Part shown: piece after piece, positions 60,293 through 64,000 of the stretch
Numbering within the stretch: the stretch's first letter is position 1
How the letters are laid out: every line of letters starts with the position of its first letter
Assembly: GCA_963662315.1 (NCBI GenBank)
Contig: OY759353.1
Location: forward strand, 1,120,001-1,184,000
DNA: 64,000 bases
DNA from: Geopsychrobacteraceae bacterium
GTDB lineage: Bacteria > Desulfobacterota > Desulfuromonadia > Desulfuromonadales > Geopsychrobacteraceae
Direction: 5' to 3'
Program-made: the position numbers and the translations under genes
Notes under the pieces: model-generated
The model's database searches: none
What the model was told of the DNA's origin: nothing
The model's input: only the letters and a program-made list of their open reading frames with translations

Positions 60293-60657
60293 TTAATTTA
60301 GCGCATAGGAACAGCGCTGGAAAATAATTCCGGCACTCGTTTTCAAGAAGGAGCAAAGTTAGGCAGCCCTTGAAAAATTCTACAAACCGGTAAATAACAT
60401 CACGAACATATACAACTGCGATCCCTTTTTCAATAACCGGTCACTCATTTCCAATGAAAATGCCGGTAAGTATCCCCCACCACCACAGATACCTCACCAT
60501 CAATATTGTAATCTCAGACAGATAGCCAATGATCACCAAAGATTAAATCATTTTTTAAGGAAACAAACTAAGCAAAAGTAACGACTCATAAATGTTCAGT
60601 CAAAATGGCGAATATGCCTATTTGCAGAACAGATTATCAGCGGTCAGAACAATTCAT

Positions 60658-62067
60658 TTACTTCACTTGGGTTGTGTCAGCGACAGTAGCAGCAATTTGA
60701 CTATTTGTCATGTCCTGAAGCTTGGACTTTTCAAGACGGGCAACCTGTTCCGGCGCAGCGGCATGTTGTTCCAGCAGGGCAAACAAAGGCAAAACTGTCT
60801 GCTTGAACGATTCAAGATGCTCTGGATTAATGGATTTTGCCGCCGGAGCTCTCAAACGGGTCGGATTGACAGGCTCACCATCCTTTTTCATACGAAAACA
60901 TAAATGTGGCCCCGTTGCCATGCCTGTCCCACCAAGATAACCGATAACCTGCCCCTGAGAAACCCTTTTATTAAGCTTCATTCCGCGGGCAAATCCTTTC
61001 ATGTGCAAATAGATGGATCGATAACCATTACTGTGGCGAATTTCTACGAAGTTTCCATTGTATTGCGTAAACCCTATCCGCGAAATTGTTCCATCGCCGA
61101 CAGTCTTAATTGGGGTCCCGACCGGAGCAACATAATCAATAGCCGGATGAGCCTTCCATGTCTTGGAAATCGGATGAAACCGTCGCATGGTAAACCCTGA
61201 CGATATCCTGCTGAAAGAGACCGGTGCTTTCAGGAAAGCTTTGCGGACGTTGTCACCATTCTCATCGTAATAAGAAACACTCCGGTCGCCGTCCTGAAAC
61301 CGGGCAGCACGATAAACCTGCCCCTGGTTAATAAATTCGGCAGCAAGAATATGTCCATAACCTGCTGGTTGCCCTTCACGGAAACGCTTTTCAACCAATA
61401 CCCGAAACGTATCACCAGAGCGGATATCGAGGATAAAATCCACATCCCACTGGAAAATATCGGCAATCATAATCGCCAGAGAAGTATCTTCGCCAATTCC
61501 AACTACGGCATCAAAGAGACTACTGACAATAACTCCGGAAACCAATTCGGTTTCAACCTCGTAAACGATTGGTTGTTTCTCCAGAGTAATTTGATCAGAA
61601 TGACGACTGATAACCAATTGCTCGGTATCGTTGATCTCGTAAATAAAAGAGGAAAACTGTCCATCGCTGGTAATGATCGCATAAGGTTGTCCCGCACAGA
61701 TTTTTGTAAAAGGGAAAATTGCTTTACTACGCTTATCAAGATCAAGGATTTCCTGCGCCGAAAAGTATCCTCCCAAAAGAACTGTTACTGAAGATCCGGC
61801 AGGCACTGTCGCCTTTTGCTTATGAATAACCGGGGCTGGTGGTTCTGGGGGTAGCACCGGATCAATCGCAAGAGGAGTAAACGAAGTAACAGTGGAGTCT
61901 GGAATATCGCGTGCCTCAAGTTCCCGTCCAGGAGAGAATAACCACAGCAGAACTGAAACGGAAACAGCCACCAGAACGACGATATAGATAAATTTTTTCT
62001 TAATAGACTTACGCCTTCCAGAAAAATCTTCTTTGAACGAAGATTGATAATCTCTATCTCTTGTCAT
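60658..62067 (-). CDS. M23 family peptidoglycan DD-endopeptidase (MepM/Csd3-like)
   Basis: TM anchor; HPAIDY (HxxxD), YLHM and ATGPHLC; start inferred at ATG 62067. Confidence 0.9.
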   Translation of the reverse strand: MTRDRDYQSSFKEDFSGRRKSIKKKFIYIVVLVAVSVSVLLWLFSPGRELEARDIPDSTVTSFTPLAIDPVLPPEPPAPVIHKQKATVPAGSSVTVLLGGYFSAQEILDLDKRSKAIFPFTKICAGQPYAIITSDGQFSSFIYEINDTEQLVISRHSDQITLEKQPIVYEVETELVSGVIVSSLFDAVVGIGEDTSLAIMIADIFQWDVDFILDIRSGDTFRVLVEKRFREGQPAGYGHILAAEFINQGQVYRAARFQDGDRSVSYYDENGDNVRKAFLKAPVSFSRISSGFTMRRFHPISKTWKAHPAIDYVAPVGTPIKTVGDGTISRIGFTQYNGNFVEIRHSNGYRSIYLHMKGFARGMKLNKRVSQGQVIGYLGGTGMATGPHLCFRMKKDGEPVNPTRLRAPAAKSINPEHLESFKQTVLPLFALLEQHAAAPEQVARLEKSKLQDMTNSQIAATVADTTQVK

Positions 62068-62422
62068 GGATTTGCACCTCAAAATTAAAGCTTTCTTAAG
62101 TTATTATTATATAATAACAATGCATAATGGCAATAGAAAATAACCGACAGATTATCCGGCAACACCAAAAGAATCTCACTGTATTCAGTCACGAACTATG
62201 GTTTATTTTATCCCACAGGTATAAATAGGGTTATAATCCATCCGTGTTTCTCTGTAATAAAAACAGGATAAAATGTCTATTTCAATGGACTATTGATAAA
62301 CGAAGATTGCCAAAATTTTCATTTTCAGTCAGCATAAAACGACTCTTCTGAGCAGTATTGCAACCTCAGAGACAAGCTGTTTATTGTTTTAACGACATCT
62401 TATAAAATTCAAGGATTACCAA

Positions 62423-63556
62423 ATGATCAACCGCCAAAGAATCTGCGATGAATTTGCACGCCTGGCTGCTATTGACAGTCCATCCTTTTCAGAAGCTGCA
62501 ATAGCAGAATATCTCGAACAACGCTTCAAAGAACTGGGAGCATCTATAGAATTTGATGAGGCTGGAGCAGCTATCGGCAGCAACAGCAACAATATGATTG
62601 CCCGCATCCCAGGGACCAAAGAGGGAGAACCATTTATCCTCTCCGGTCACATGGATACGGTCACTCCAGCTGACAATGTCCAGCCGATCTTGAAAGATGG
62701 TGTTTTCACAAGTGCAGGCGACACCATCCTCGGCTCTGATGATAAAGCGGGGCTTACCGAAATTATTGAAGCCATTGAAGTCCTGCGCGAGCAGAACATC
62801 CCCCATGTGGATCTTGAAATTGTTGTTACCATCTGCGAAGAACAAGGCTTGCTGGGTGCAAAACACTTCGATTACAAAAAGCTAAAAGGAAAACGTGGTG
62901 TTGCTCTTGATACAAGTGGCATCGATATTATTATCAACAAGGCACCATCAGCCAACCGTTTCAAGATTGACATTTTCGGTCATGAAGCGCATGCCGGAAT
63001 CTGCCCTGAACAGGGCATGTCAGCAATCAAGATAGCAGCCAACGCTATCGCCCGCTTAGAGCTTGGCCGGATCGATTCTGAGACAACGGCCAATATCGGC
63101 TTAATTCAAGGTGGCCAGGCCATCAATATCATTCCAAAATTTGTTACCTTGCAGGGAGAGGTGCGCAGCCACAACCCGGATACATTGCGCAAAAAGACAG
63201 AAGAGATTATTCGCATCGTCGAAGAAGAAGTCATGCAGGCATCGGTTGAAAATAACGCCAGCGGCAAACAGGCTTCAATGGCCATGGAATTAAGTGAAGA
63301 TTATCCGGCGATGCAGGTCAGCAATGACGCCGGAATAATCCAGCTCCTGCTGGAAGCAGGGCAAAAGTTGCAGCGACCTTTGCAAATTCGCTCAGCCGGC
63401 GGAGGTTCTGACGCCAACATATTTAATGCAAACGGCATTGAAATGGTTATTCTGGCCTGCGGGATGGACAAGGTCCATACCGTACATGAACAGGTTAAAG
63501 TAGCCGATATGGAAGCAGTCAGCGCATTACTGGTCGAAACTCTGAAAAAGGCCTGA
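62423..63556 (+). CDS. M20 family peptidase T-like metallohydrolase
   Basis: GHMDTV, GSDDKAG, EEQG, GGGSDANIFN and VHT motifs. Confidence 0.92.
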   Translation: MINRQRICDEFARLAAIDSPSFSEAAIAEYLEQRFKELGASIEFDEAGAAIGSNSNNMIARIPGTKEGEPFILSGHMDTVTPADNVQPILKDGVFTSAGDTILGSDDKAGLTEIIEAIEVLREQNIPHVDLEIVVTICEEQGLLGAKHFDYKKLKGKRGVALDTSGIDIIINKAPSANRFKIDIFGHEAHAGICPEQGMSAIKIAANAIARLELGRIDSETTANIGLIQGGQAINIIPKFVTLQGEVRSHNPDTLRKKTEEIIRIVEEEVMQASVENNASGKQASMAMELSEDYPAMQVSNDAGIIQLLLEAGQKLQRPLQIRSAGGGSDANIFNANGIEMVILACGMDKVHTVHEQVKVADMEAVSALLVETLKKA

Positions 63557-63558
63557 AC

Positions 63559-64000
63559 ATGAAAATTTCTCCCTGGGTGCAAGGCGTTCAGCCACCACCA
63601 ATTACCGAAGTTAAACGCTGGGTCGCAGACAAAAGCTTTCCACCTGACAAGCCACTTGTCGATTTATGTCAGGCCATACCAAGCTACGCACCACCCAAGG
63701 AGCTTATCCGCTTTTTGCAACAACAACTGGAAGACCCGCTCACCTATAAATACAGCCCGGATGAAGGACTTTATGATGTACGCTCCGAAGTCTGCCGCTG
63801 GTATCAGCGTTTTTACCAGGCAAACCTGGACCCGGGTCACCTCTGTCTGACAATTGGTGCCAGCCAGGCCTTCTGGCTGGCACTAGTTGGGCTTTGTCAA
63901 CCAGGGGATGAGGTCATCATTCAGATTCCAGCTTATTTTGACCATCTGATGGGCCTGAAATCGCTTGGCATCACCCCTGTTTGCACCAACTTTCACCCTG
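63559..64000 (+). CDS. Class I/II PLP-dependent aminotransferase (partial, runs off window end)
   Basis: Hand translation: MKISPWVQGVQPPPI...VDLCQAIP...YSPDEGL...TIGASQAF...PGDEVII..PAYFDH. Confidence 0.85.
   Translation, partial: MKISPWVQGVQPPPITEVKRWVADKSFPPDKPLVDLCQAIPSYAPPKELIRFLQQQLEDPLTYKYSPDEGLYDVRSEVCRWYQRFYQANLDPGHLCLTIGASQAFWLALVGLCQPGDEVIIQIPAYFDHLMGLKSLGITPVCTNFHP

Noticed and set aside
62100..62118. Palindrome GTTATTAT-tat-ATAATAAC
   Set aside because: Low-complexity AT-rich sequence with no second copy or linked regulator

Overview
Chromosomal window from a probable Desulfuromonadales (Geobacter/Desulfuromonas-like) deltaproteobacterium, inferred from gene content such as GSU3473-family and DUF6178-like proteins. 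Most of it is core housekeeping DNA: pta-ftsEX-envC-ctpA-xseAB-ispA-dxs, folD-gcvTHP, yggT-divIVA-yggU, a DAHP synthase, a TPP-riboswitch thiFSGHE operon, tig-clpP-clpX-lon-hup, six tRNAs (Arg, His, Leu, Asp, Val, Asp), an OmpA-family gene, two radical SAM genes and peptidases. The most unusual part is an accessory-looking block at about 38.8-49.6 kb. It holds a candidate pseudo-Hpt protein, a TonB, a FusA/YddB-like TonB-dependent receptor, a 14-blade LVIVD protein translationally coupled to a CHASE8-like histidine kinase with degenerate receivers, and an intact IS1380 element with TIRs and a 5-bp target duplication. Other leads are tandem small proteins ending in a YxGPERR motif and several unexplained structured leaders. 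Family names come from motif recognition by eye; no database searches were run.
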